Shown one piece after another: positions 8,774-17,365 of a DNA stretch of 64,000 nucleotides. Both the position numbers and the translations under genes were made by a program. The DNA comes from a virus: IMG/VR virus record IMGVR_UViG_3300009431_000003; one strand, given 5' to 3'. The notes beneath the pieces were generated by a model, which worked only from the letters and a program-made list of their open reading frames with translations, was not told where the DNA came from and made no database searches. Numbering within the stretch: the first letter of the stretch is position 1; each line of letters starts with the position of its first letter.

Positions 8774-9250
8774 ATGAAGTATTTGCTTACAGAAGTATCT
8801 GACAACGAGGAAGAGGAAATCAATACGCCTTTTGATGTCTCAAATGTTCTTGTCCTACGAGAACCTCTAGGAGACTTTGCTTTGTTAATGGAATCCAAGC
8901 TGCGGAAACACGATGTAACCAGGGGTCCTCGCGGATGGATCACCAACTGGCAAAGACAGCCTGGAGTACATCCCTGGACCGAAAGCCAAAAGCTTCAGTT
9001 CCTACACCAAGCAATAATAAAAGAAGGATCGGAGCTGCAAGGTGCACTGTCCAACCTTCAAGCGTATCTGTCAATCAACAAGCACAGCTTCAAAAAGCTG
9101 GACGGCCCTTCGGTACTCGAAGCTCTTGGGGCCAGCTCCGTCGAGGAACTCATCGAGCGGGTTCAGGAAGAAGCCGCGGATCTCGCAAACCAGGCTATGA
9201 TGCTATCTGACTTAGCCGGCACCCTAAAAACAGAGAACGACGATGCTTAA
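8774..9250 (+). CDS. hypothetical protein
   Basis: GGAG RBS before ATG 8774. Confidence 0.65.
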   Translation: MKYLLTEVSDNEEEEINTPFDVSNVLVLREPLGDFALLMESKLRKHDVTRGPRGWITNWQRQPGVHPWTESQKLQFLHQAIIKEGSELQGALSNLQAYLSINKHSFKKLDGPSVLEALGASSVEELIERVQEEAADLANQAMMLSDLAGTLKTENDDA

Positions 9251-9836
9251 AAAGATAAAAGGAATACAGGTACATACAGCTTTAGCGTACTTTGTTCTAC
9301 TGCCTACCCTTTTCTTTGTAACTATGCAGGAAAGTACCAAAGAATATAAAATCTGTTGGGACTTTATAGATATGGACACTATTGGCAGACACTGGAACGA
9401 CAGGCAACAAGAGATCGACCGTCTTACTCCAGTGATTCAAAAAACACATAAACACACAGACCCTAAATACCTTGTAGAGCTAATCCCAATTGTAGTTGAT
9501 TGGTCCTGGAACAGAAATATTGATGTACTATGGGTATCTGCTATTATCTCTGTCGAAACTAATTGGATCCGACAAGAAAGATATGGTATGGGTGGTGGCG
9601 GGCCGATGCAGGTAAATCATACCTGCCACGCTGAAAGGTTTGGAGTAAAAGACATCAGCGAGTGGTGGAAAAACCTGAACCTCAACCTTGAAGCCGGTAC
9701 CTGGGTACTACAACAATGTCATGGAAGCGCAGCTTGTTATAACGGGCATCCTGACTTGGAACTCCGGGCAGAATATGTTACAAATGTAAATAAGCGCTTT
9801 AAACGGATCAGTAGGGCATGGAAGGAAAACCCATGA
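9243..9836 (+). CDS. lytic transglycosylase (SLT-like) with N-terminal TM helix
   Basis: AIISVETNW (catalytic E), GPMQV, NLEAGTWVL, ACYNG, EYVTNV. Confidence 0.8.
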   Translation: MLKKIKGIQVHTALAYFVLLPTLFFVTMQESTKEYKICWDFIDMDTIGRHWNDRQQEIDRLTPVIQKTHKHTDPKYLVELIPIVVDWSWNRNIDVLWVSAIISVETNWIRQERYGMGGGGPMQVNHTCHAERFGVKDISEWWKNLNLNLEAGTWVLQQCHGSAACYNGHPDLELRAEYVTNVNKRFKRISRAWKENP

Positions 9837-10291
9837 AAGTAATTGACGGAAAGATAGCTAAAGATGGTCCGAAAAAAATAAATATCCACACCAAAGGGAG
9901 ACAAGTAGGTAATACAGTACGCGGTATTTCTAAAGACGTGTTTGTTCAGCTCAAACAAGTCATTGAGCAGACTCCTTTTATGCCAAAAAAGGTAATCCTG
10001 CCTCCTCTTACAGCAGAAGATATACAAGGTAAGTATATCTCAAGACGCACCACTGCTCTTCGAGACCAATATGCTGCAATCTATAGAAATTCTAAGGGAG
10101 TTGGGCAACAGTCTCTCGAAGAAATTAATAGAACCCTGAGCCGCAAAGCAGAAGGAATGAAACCATCCCCACCTACATCCCATTCAGAGTTATCAGAACC
10201 AACTACAGTATCCCCAAGAATATATTGCCGCTGGACAGCAGAGCAACAAGCTCCCGTAGCAAAATCGCCTTATTCTGAACCCAGTACTTGA
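9833..10291 (+). CDS. hypothetical protein
   Basis: ATGA overlap, AAGGA RBS. Confidence 0.6.
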   Translation: MKVIDGKIAKDGPKKINIHTKGRQVGNTVRGISKDVFVQLKQVIEQTPFMPKKVILPPLTAEDIQGKYISRRTTALRDQYAAIYRNSKGVGQQSLEEINRTLSRKAEGMKPSPPTSHSELSEPTTVSPRIYCRWTAEQQAPVAKSPYSEPST

Positions 10292-10641
10292 CAGCCGCAG
10301 AAAGAGTCACTAGTTTCTTCTCAAGGAGAAATTAATGAATAAGCCCAATTTTATTGAAGCGGAAGTACCCAAATTCCCTTCTGCACCAATGCCTACTGAT
10401 TCTTTCGAAGAACCTTCCTTACCTATTTCCTTCGAACACTTTCTATTTATATCCATTCTTGTCCCACAAATATTTAAACCTACCTATTATTGGTGGGAAC
10501 AATATATCTAGCTCTGTCAATAGATTAAATCTAACCTCCCGACTCAATATGGCGGTTGTGCGTTGAAAAGCATAACGATAGGGTAGCTCCCTAGCTGCCG
10601 GTTCGTATCCGGCCAACCGCCCCAACTCTAAAGGAGTCATT

Positions 10642-11064
10642 ATGAAAACCATTATTGTAGTAGAGATACCACATACACGTAAACCTTCAGCTTACTTCAC
10701 CACCCTCAAAGAGCTAGTATTCAGGGCGAAAGAAGAGAATAACAATTCAACATACCATGTCTGGACCTCCCTAAAAGAACTACAAGATTGTTTCGGTGAG
10801 GACATACCACTGCCCGCAAGGCACATTATTGCGGCACAAGATGCAGCTGTAGAAGTAAATAATGGCGGCGCTGTTGATTGGTACTCTTTAAAGGCAGCAC
10901 CCTCTCCAGAAGAATGGGCCTACGAAGTCCTCTTTGGCGATCTCCACTCTTATAAAATATTTGATGACCCAGAAGAAGCGGAGGAATGGGCTACATCTTA
11001 TCGCGGCCACCAGTGGCCGCAGGCTACTTCTGCTCTTGAAAAAGAGCTTATACAACCTATTTAA
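10642..11064 (+). CDS. hypothetical protein
   Basis: AAGGAG RBS. Confidence 0.7.
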   Translation: MKTIIVVEIPHTRKPSAYFTTLKELVFRAKEENNNSTYHVWTSLKELQDCFGEDIPLPARHIIAAQDAAVEVNNGGAVDWYSLKAAPSPEEWAYEVLFGDLHSYKIFDDPEEAEEWATSYRGHQWPQATSALEKELIQPI

Positions 11065-11073
11065 GGAAATACT

Positions 11074-11571
11074 ATGAAATACTTTAAAGGGTACGTGGTT
11101 CATTTAGGCGCCACAGTAAAGCACAAAGCCTGGGTATTGTTTTACCTATCCCACTTCTGCACAAAGTTAATGTATCGAGGTATAGTACATGATTTATCTA
11201 AATTCTCACATATAGAAGCTAACGGTTTTGCTCAAACAATATTCAAACTAAAAACTTCTAAGTATGGATCTGAGGAATATTATAAGCTTCTTTTACAGCT
11301 TGCTCCCAGCCTGGAAAATCATTATAAAAAGAATAAACATCACCCGGAACATTGGCCAAATGGTGTCTCCGGAATGGACCTAACTGATTTTGTAGAACTT
11401 ACCTTTGATTGGCTCGCCGCGGTAAAAAGATACAAAGACGGAGACCCAATAAGAAGTGCCGAGCTTAATAAAATTAGGTTTGAATATAGCGACACTGTTG
11501 AAAGTATCCTGGTTAATACCTTCCGACGCATGGGCTACAAACGTCAGATTACAAAAGTGGAGATAGAATGA
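11074..11571 (+). CDS. DUF5662-like (HD-related) protein
   Basis: HDLSKFS...YGSEEY...HYKKNKHHPEHW...DWLAA. Confidence 0.75.
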   Translation: MKYFKGYVVHLGATVKHKAWVLFYLSHFCTKLMYRGIVHDLSKFSHIEANGFAQTIFKLKTSKYGSEEYYKLLLQLAPSLENHYKKNKHHPEHWPNGVSGMDLTDFVELTFDWLAAVKRYKDGDPIRSAELNKIRFEYSDTVESILVNTFRRMGYKRQITKVEIE

Positions 11572-12311
11572 GCAATGTAATAGAAACTATTTTTAAAAAT
11601 CTACCTGGGATGAAAACCGAACAACGAGTTATCGCAACAAGTATTCTAAATCAGCTCTTAAAATCTTCCGAGACTGACCTCGATATTAAGAATCTCGATG
11701 ATGCGGACTTCGAGGACGTATGCACATTACTTTCTCTCAATCAGAGAAGGCCTACCAATGAAATAGTCTTGGCTAGTTGTATATCTTTAATTAAAATACA
11801 CCGTATGCTTGCCAAAGCACTAATACAGTACTCCAACAATACAAAAGGAGAAAAGATGGAAAGCAAGAAAAAGAAAGTTGCACAAGAGAAAGCTGTTTTG
11901 GCGGCGCGTCTTGATCGGCAGTATAAAGTTATCCGAGACACAAACGGACTACCAAGAGTTATTATTTGTAAATTATTTCCCCGGAACAAAAGCCCGGAAG
12001 AAACTAAATGCCGTAGAGTATTAGCTATCGGATATGCCATCTGTTCTTTATCTGAAGAACCCACCAAGAAAAAAGGTAACGCCGCTGCTTATGGCCGGGC
12101 CTTTAAAGCTCTATACGAAAAGAAAAGCTTTGCCCCAGTTAGTCGCGTAGAAATTATGGAAATTCGCGGAACTCTGGTTAGGGTTCCTAGTCTTGCTATG
12201 GTGGCTCTTGAGACCATCCCTAAGGAAGAACTAGAAAAGGACGCGACTTTACATGAGTTTATGTGGGATAAATATGCTTCTCTTCATAAGGGCATCTTCA
12301 TCGAGAAATAA
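11568..12311 (+). CDS. hypothetical protein
   Basis: ATGA overlap; internal RBS/ATG (MESKKK) suggests possible fusion. Confidence 0.65.
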   Translation: MSNVIETIFKNLPGMKTEQRVIATSILNQLLKSSETDLDIKNLDDADFEDVCTLLSLNQRRPTNEIVLASCISLIKIHRMLAKALIQYSNNTKGEKMESKKKKVAQEKAVLAARLDRQYKVIRDTNGLPRVIICKLFPRNKSPEETKCRRVLAIGYAICSLSEEPTKKKGNAAAYGRAFKALYEKKSFAPVSRVEIMEIRGTLVRVPSLAMVALETIPKEELEKDATLHEFMWDKYASLHKGIFIEK

Positions 12312-12440
12312 TCTTCCTTGACAACTCTCTCCTACAAAGTAAAAATAGTCGATACGAACCAAAACTGTTGGGTGGCTTTCATCCAAATACAATTAAAATC
12401 TTATCAACAAGCCAGGAATCCCTGTTGTCTAGGAGACATT

Positions 12441-12629
12441 ATGCCATGTAACCGTAAAACAGAAGTTTATAGCAGAATTGTAGGGTATTATCGCCCAGTC
12501 CAACAATGGAATCCAGGTAAAAAAGCCGAGTTTCGTAACCGAAAAAACTACAAAATAACTGTGCCAAGCCCTAAAAAAGATTTAATTTCCGTACATACGG
12601 CACTGGAGCCCATTACAACTACTGCATAA
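12441..12629 (+). CDS. stand-alone NrdD (class III RNR) C-terminal-like peptide
   Basis: CNRKTEVYSRIVGYYRPVQQWNPGKKAEFRNR; AGGAG RBS at 12431. Confidence 0.8.
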   Translation: MPCNRKTEVYSRIVGYYRPVQQWNPGKKAEFRNRKNYKITVPSPKKDLISVHTALEPITTTA

Positions 12630-12644
12630 AACAAAAGGAGGCTG

Positions 12645-13283
12645 ATGAGTAAAAATATATACCGTTACCTATTCCAACCTACGTTTTTCCCTTTATCATT
12701 CACATTAGGAGAAATTAGAGTACTTTCCGGGCGGGCAGCAGAATATGCCGCAGCAAAAATTGCTAAAGAACATCTTCATCCTAACTCTTGCAAATTTAAG
12801 GGGATACTAAAAACTGACTCCTTTGGTATTGAGCCTGATATAATTGTTCCCTACAAAATCCCCTGGTATATTGAAGTAAAATCTATAGCTTCCTATGGGG
12901 ATGTACTAATCCGGGTTGATCAGTTTCAAGGCATCAACAATCATGGAGGAGTAAGCTACGCCTGGTTAGTTCATAATGGTGGACTTATGAAAATTCAGCC
13001 CATTGATATGATCTCCAACTATCTTAAAACTGCTTACCTCTGTCTCATACCGAATGATGTCGTACACGAAGCTATAAAGCTCTACGCCGACACCTGGGAC
13101 GGTACCGACAAGAGTAAGCAAGGTGTTCTAATGCCGAGGAAAGATAATCCGGCAGAGACAAAGGTTGGGTGGTGTGCTTATACTTGGTATCGCTTTAGGT
13201 TCACTAAACTACTAAAGCTGGTCGGCGACCGGGCAATAAGATTAAGGCATTCCAGTTATGAAGAACAACAAAAACCAAAATAA
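12645..13283 (+). CDS. putative PD-(D/E)XK nuclease
   Basis: EPDII...YIEVKS motif. Confidence 0.55.
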   Translation: MSKNIYRYLFQPTFFPLSFTLGEIRVLSGRAAEYAAAKIAKEHLHPNSCKFKGILKTDSFGIEPDIIVPYKIPWYIEVKSIASYGDVLIRVDQFQGINNHGGVSYAWLVHNGGLMKIQPIDMISNYLKTAYLCLIPNDVVHEAIKLYADTWDGTDKSKQGVLMPRKDNPAETKVGWCAYTWYRFRFTKLLKLVGDRAIRLRHSSYEEQQKPK

Positions 13284-13728
13284 ATACCGCTGGACAAACA
13301 AATTATCTGACGGAACTTACAGATCAAAAGGAGGAAAGAATAAGGTAGGCTGGAATAACTTTAGAAATGAACGCTGCCCAACATGTAATCGTAAGTATCG
13401 ATATTTCCGTGCGGAGATAAATAAGGAAGCCTATAACATCATTCTGCAAGAGCGCGACGACCCAAAACACCGTAGGACCCAAATAAACATTAATCAGCTC
13501 CTCGGCAAAAAAAGAGAGATTAAACTTGAAGCCTGGAACGCACATAAGCGCGAATGTGAGCTAGTGGCTCGACAAAAAGCCGGAGAAGATATCTCGGAAG
13601 AGGAGATGGTCGATGCGATTATTGAGGTCGAATCTTACCCAGGGTACTTTCTCAAAACTGATTCTAAAACCAAAGATATCATGTACCCAAACCCCAGCAA
13701 TGATGATGATGATGACATACCTTTTTAG
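13258..13728 (+). CDS. hypothetical basic protein with SSB-like C-terminal tail
   Basis: ends NDDDDDIPF. Confidence 0.65.
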   Translation: MKNNKNQNKYRWTNKLSDGTYRSKGGKNKVGWNNFRNERCPTCNRKYRYFRAEINKEAYNIILQERDDPKHRRTQININQLLGKKREIKLEAWNAHKRECELVARQKAGEDISEEEMVDAIIEVESYPGYFLKTDSKTKDIMYPNPSNDDDDDIPF

Positions 13729-13736
13729 GAGGACAC

Positions 13737-14318
13737 ATGAGTAAATACCCACACTGTGAAAAGCTGGCTGAACACAAGAGAGAAGTCCGCACCCTCACGG
13801 AGTTCCTTGAGTGGACAGACAGTGAGGAACTGTACCTGGCGCAGTACGCCAAGAAACCAAAAAGCCCTGACGACTACCCAGAGGAGGACATGGTAGATCT
13901 GGAGGAAGAGGAGCCAATACTTGCTCTATTGAAGGCATTCGATCCAACCAAGAGATGGGGCGAGGCTCCTCCAACCTTCCTACCCAGACTCTACCTTGAG
14001 CACAAACGAATGTGGCACATGACCGATGAGTGGGGCGCTCTCTTCAAAGCCTTTGGTCGTCACCAGGACCTGATCAATAAATATCTCGGTATCGATATGG
14101 CCGAGGTCGAAAAGGAGCGACAACAAATGCTGGCCGAGCAGAGACTCCTTAACGAAGGAAAGCACAGCTTCTGTGGAGGCTGCGAGGACTGTCTTGAGAA
14201 AGAAAAGATGGTGCTAAAAGGAATCGGCGGCAAAGACATTTACTTCTGCGAGAAGTGTCTAATTAAGATTGCGAAGATCATTGAGATCGGAGAGAACCAG
14301 GAGGATACTACTGAGTAG
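13737..14318 (+). CDS. hypothetical protein with C-terminal ClpX-like Zn finger
   Basis: AGGAGG RBS; C..C...IYFCEKCL. Confidence 0.65.
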   Translation: MSKYPHCEKLAEHKREVRTLTEFLEWTDSEELYLAQYAKKPKSPDDYPEEDMVDLEEEEPILALLKAFDPTKRWGEAPPTFLPRLYLEHKRMWHMTDEWGALFKAFGRHQDLINKYLGIDMAEVEKERQQMLAEQRLLNEGKHSFCGGCEDCLEKEKMVLKGIGGKDIYFCEKCLIKIAKIIEIGENQEDTTE

Positions 14319-14423
14319 GAAGACCCTGATTAACTTCCTGCATCTCCACCCACAGACGTTGCTGAGGTGTGAGAGTCTCTCAGTTCGCCCTCATAATAAC
14401 AAAACACCTACAAGGAGAATCAC

Positions 14424-14612
14424 ATGAAAAATGTACAGACAGCAGTTAATGGTAATATTTTAACTATTACAGTAGACCTCTCGAAAGAGTTTGGCCTCTC
14501 TAAATCTGGGAAGACAGTCATTATTGCTACTACAAGTGGCTCAATCTCAATTGATTCGGACGATAGAATCAAATTGGGCCTGAACATCTATCGCTATCCG
14601 GAGGAAAAATGA
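14424..14612 (+). CDS. small conserved hypothetical protein
   Basis: MKNV...LTITVDLSKEFGLSKSGKTVIIATTSG...KLGLNIYR; AAGGAG RBS. Confidence 0.75.
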   Translation: MKNVQTAVNGNILTITVDLSKEFGLSKSGKTVIIATTSGSISIDSDDRIKLGLNIYRYPEEK

Positions 14613-15019
14613 TTAAATGTCCTGTTTGTGACTCCGAAACTATTCGGATGGAACAGAGAGTCAGCGAACTATGGTCAATTGAGGAAGAAGAAAAAGATCA
14701 TACTCTCAAAGAATTTGAATTGGTAAAAACAATCCCTCTCAATAACCCACAAAAATCAGTTTACTGCCCAGATTGCGGTACCAACTGGACGTACGAAAAC
14801 TTTGAGCGCCAATATGAAACACATAGACTTACCAAACTTCTGGAAAACAACGGCTTCGTAGCCGAGGACTTGGACGAGTTAGTTCACAAGGTTTACAGTA
14901 ATAGCGCTTCTCTAATCAATAATTCAGGAATAAAAGCACAAATATCTGCGTTGCTAGGCTTCTCAAGCCAAAAACATGTCCGCACCAGTATTGCACAACT
15001 ACTCAAAAAGGAGAATTGA
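14609..15019 (+). CDS. hypothetical Zn-ribbon protein
   Basis: CPVC...CPDC. Confidence 0.65.
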   Translation: MIKCPVCDSETIRMEQRVSELWSIEEEEKDHTLKEFELVKTIPLNNPQKSVYCPDCGTNWTYENFERQYETHRLTKLLENNGFVAEDLDELVHKVYSNSASLINNSGIKAQISALLGFSSQKHVRTSIAQLLKKEN

Positions 15020-15020
15020 T

Positions 15021-16022
15021 ATGTCCGCAGGAATTACAAAGACAGATGGAATGTTCTATTTTGGTGACACGCCTTGGCACGGTCTCGGCACAGAACTAAA
15101 AGAGCTTGCTACGGCCCAACAAGCTATCGCAGCCGCAGGTTTGGAATGGACAGTTTCTAAGCATCCCCTTGCTTGGGGGATACTAAAAGAACGCCCTGAT
15201 GGAAAAGGTGGCGTAGAAGATCATATCGAAAACTGGCAGAGGGCTAAAGGACGCTTTGCTATGATCCGTGATGATAATAATGCGTTTCTCGGAACCGTAA
15301 GAGGTGTTTATCAACCTCTCCAAAATATTGAAGCCTTTAATTTTATGGATTCTTTGGTGGAAGGAGAAAAAGTACTGTACCACACTGCGGGCTCTTTGCA
15401 TGGCGGGCGCAGAATATGGATGCTGGCTCAAATGCCAAAAATGGTTGTTCTTGATAATAATGGAGAAGACAAAATTGGCTCCTTTCTTCTCTTAGCCAAT
15501 GCTCATGACAGCACCATGTCTGTCACTATTAAACATACTAATATTCGAGTTGTATGCGCCAATACTTTGGAGTTTTCTCTCCAAGAAGATGACGCTCTTC
15601 CTATTATCAGAATTAGTCACAGTACTTCAATGCACTCACAGATTGAAAAGACAAAGGACATTCTTCGATTGAGTGAGCAATCTCTACATAACGTGTATAG
15701 TATTGCCACCGGACTAAAACAACGCAGCTTCACCACACAAAAGTTCAAGAAATATATTGAAGCTCTTTTCCCGGACAACCCTGAAGCAAAGAACCACACA
15801 AGGAGTCAAAATATTCGCAAGAAAATCATTGATCTATGGGAAGGCGAAGGCAGAGGGTTAAATATCTCCGGCGTTCAAGGGACCGGATGGGCTGCGTACA
15901 ACGCTGTTGCAGAATACCTTGACTGGATCCGCGGCAGAAATGCCAATAACAGAATGGAAGCCACTTGGTTTGGTGATAACAGGAACATCAAGGAGCGTGC
16001 TTTAGTTTTAGCCAACGCTTAA
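15021..16022 (+). CDS. DUF932 / TIGR03299-type phage-plasmid protein
   Basis: TPWHGLG, YQPLQN, TAGSLHGGRRIWMLA, LANAHDST, RVVCANTL, GTGWAAYNAVAEY. Confidence 0.9.
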   Translation: MSAGITKTDGMFYFGDTPWHGLGTELKELATAQQAIAAAGLEWTVSKHPLAWGILKERPDGKGGVEDHIENWQRAKGRFAMIRDDNNAFLGTVRGVYQPLQNIEAFNFMDSLVEGEKVLYHTAGSLHGGRRIWMLAQMPKMVVLDNNGEDKIGSFLLLANAHDSTMSVTIKHTNIRVVCANTLEFSLQEDDALPIIRISHSTSMHSQIEKTKDILRLSEQSLHNVYSIATGLKQRSFTTQKFKKYIEALFPDNPEAKNHTRSQNIRKKIIDLWEGEGRGLNISGVQGTGWAAYNAVAEYLDWIRGRNANNRMEATWFGDNRNIKERALVLANA

Positions 16023-16029
16023 GGTTATA

Positions 16030-16062
16030 AGTTTGGGAAGGATTCTTAATCCTTCCCAAACT
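16030..16062 (+). terminator. intrinsic terminator-like hairpin
   Basis: perfect 15-bp IR AGTTTGGGAAGGATT/AATCCTTCCCAAACT right after the DUF932 stop. Confidence 0.65.
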
Positions 16063-16064
16063 AC

Positions 16065-16094
16065 TTGACACTATTAATTTTAATTACTTATAAT
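16065..16094 (+). promoter_or_regulatory. sigma70-type promoter
   Basis: TTGACA (16065) - 18 nt - TATAAT (16089), 8 nt upstream of the sulfotransferase ATG. Confidence 0.7.
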
Positions 16095-16102
16095 TACAGA
16101 CT

Positions 16103-16735
16103 ATGTTTTATCACAAAAACTTACTCTTTATACATATCCCGAAAACAGGAGGCACTTCTACTACAGAATACTTTAAAAAGGCGTTCAATCATGACACCGC
16201 AGAAGAAGCTCAAGGACTTCATAAACGAAAGCATTTTAGCCTGCAACAGATGCATAACGCAAATGATATCCTAAAGATACCATTTAAAACAATCACAGAA
16301 ATTTCAGTTATTTTTAGGCTGCCATTTGAACAAGTAGTATCCTTGTATCATCACTACAGACAGATCGCTTCTCCTATGAAAATATATCAAAAAGTAGAGC
16401 ATGTACAAAAAGCAGTAGAATTACCTTTTAATTCTTGGATACTTTGGGCTTCTACACATAACCTAAATAAATCAATAGGTAGAAGTTACGAAAAATATAT
16501 TTTTATAGAGGATAAAGTACCTACCAAATTAAAAATAATTGAATATTCTAATCTCCACAAAGAAGTGAGGGCAGTAGTTAAAAGGCATAAAGGAAATTAC
16601 AATACAGCATTTCCTCATCTACTTAAAACAAATCATAAACCTTGGCACATTTATTATAATAAAAAATCCCGCTCCATTATAGAAAAGCACTACTTATGGG
16701 TCTTCAAGCATTATTATCCTAATCTGCTTTCTTGA
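16103..16735 (+). CDS. sulfotransferase family 2 protein
   Basis: FIHIPKTGGTS (5'-PSB), FRLPFEQVVSLY (3'-PB), W..YYN. Confidence 0.85.
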   Translation: MFYHKNLLFIHIPKTGGTSTTEYFKKAFNHDTAEEAQGLHKRKHFSLQQMHNANDILKIPFKTITEISVIFRLPFEQVVSLYHHYRQIASPMKIYQKVEHVQKAVELPFNSWILWASTHNLNKSIGRSYEKYIFIEDKVPTKLKIIEYSNLHKEVRAVVKRHKGNYNTAFPHLLKTNHKPWHIYYNKKSRSIIEKHYLWVFKHYYPNLLS

Positions 16736-17354
16736 CATTCTCATATTTATACCCAAAAAAAGATATCTCCTCTTTATACCGATAGTGTACAAGATTTCGT
16801 AGCTCCTTATTATAATAATACGAATAGTGCTTTCTATTTTTTGTGGTATTCATTTTGCTTAATTTTGGTACCAAATCTAATATACCAGCTATACGAGCCC
16901 AGTCTTCATCAAACCTTTCAACCCTCCCTATAAAATCAGGCAACCACAAACCACAAGATGTACGTAGTAAAAAAGGCTGAGAAGCTATATGATTTTCTGT
17001 ATTTTCATCAGGTAACCTACACACTTGCTTAATAAAGGAACCAAAAGACATCCCAACCTTAAATTTTGGAGAACAATCTCTAAACGACTGAAGAATATGG
17101 GGCTCTGTTGATTCTTTTATTTTTTGATACCAACAAGAGACTAGCCTATCCCAAGTATTCCGCACAAAAGTAAAAAAGAAGTAACCCTCATTTTTTAATT
17201 CAAGCATCAATTCGTCAGACACATCAGGCCTATGCTCCCCATAATGGCGCTCTAGTCCTCTTGCTATTGTAGTACTCGCCGCCTTTAATGAGCGTACAAA
17301 GACAAGGCGCTTGGAATCAATAACCCAATAATTCTGAGCCCTATTATGTGCCAC
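16719..17354 (-). CDS. sulfotransferase family 2 protein
   Basis: LKAASTT, FTFVRNTWDRLVSCW, DFIGRVE, HYSYYYN. Confidence 0.9.
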   Translation of the reverse strand: MAHNRAQNYWVIDSKRLVFVRSLKAASTTIARGLERHYGEHRPDVSDELMLELKNEGYFFFTFVRNTWDRLVSCWYQKIKESTEPHILQSFRDCSPKFKVGMSFGSFIKQVCRLPDENTENHIASQPFLLRTSCGLWLPDFIGRVERFDEDWARIAGILDLVPKLSKMNTTKNRKHYSYYYNKELRNLVHYRYKEEISFFGYKYENVKKAD

Positions 17355-17365
17355 AGATAAGCTTT

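Noticed and set aside
10354-10652. Short ORFs on both strands between 10291 and 10642
   Set aside because: The frames conflict and there is no recognisable domain or clear RBS-supported long ORF.
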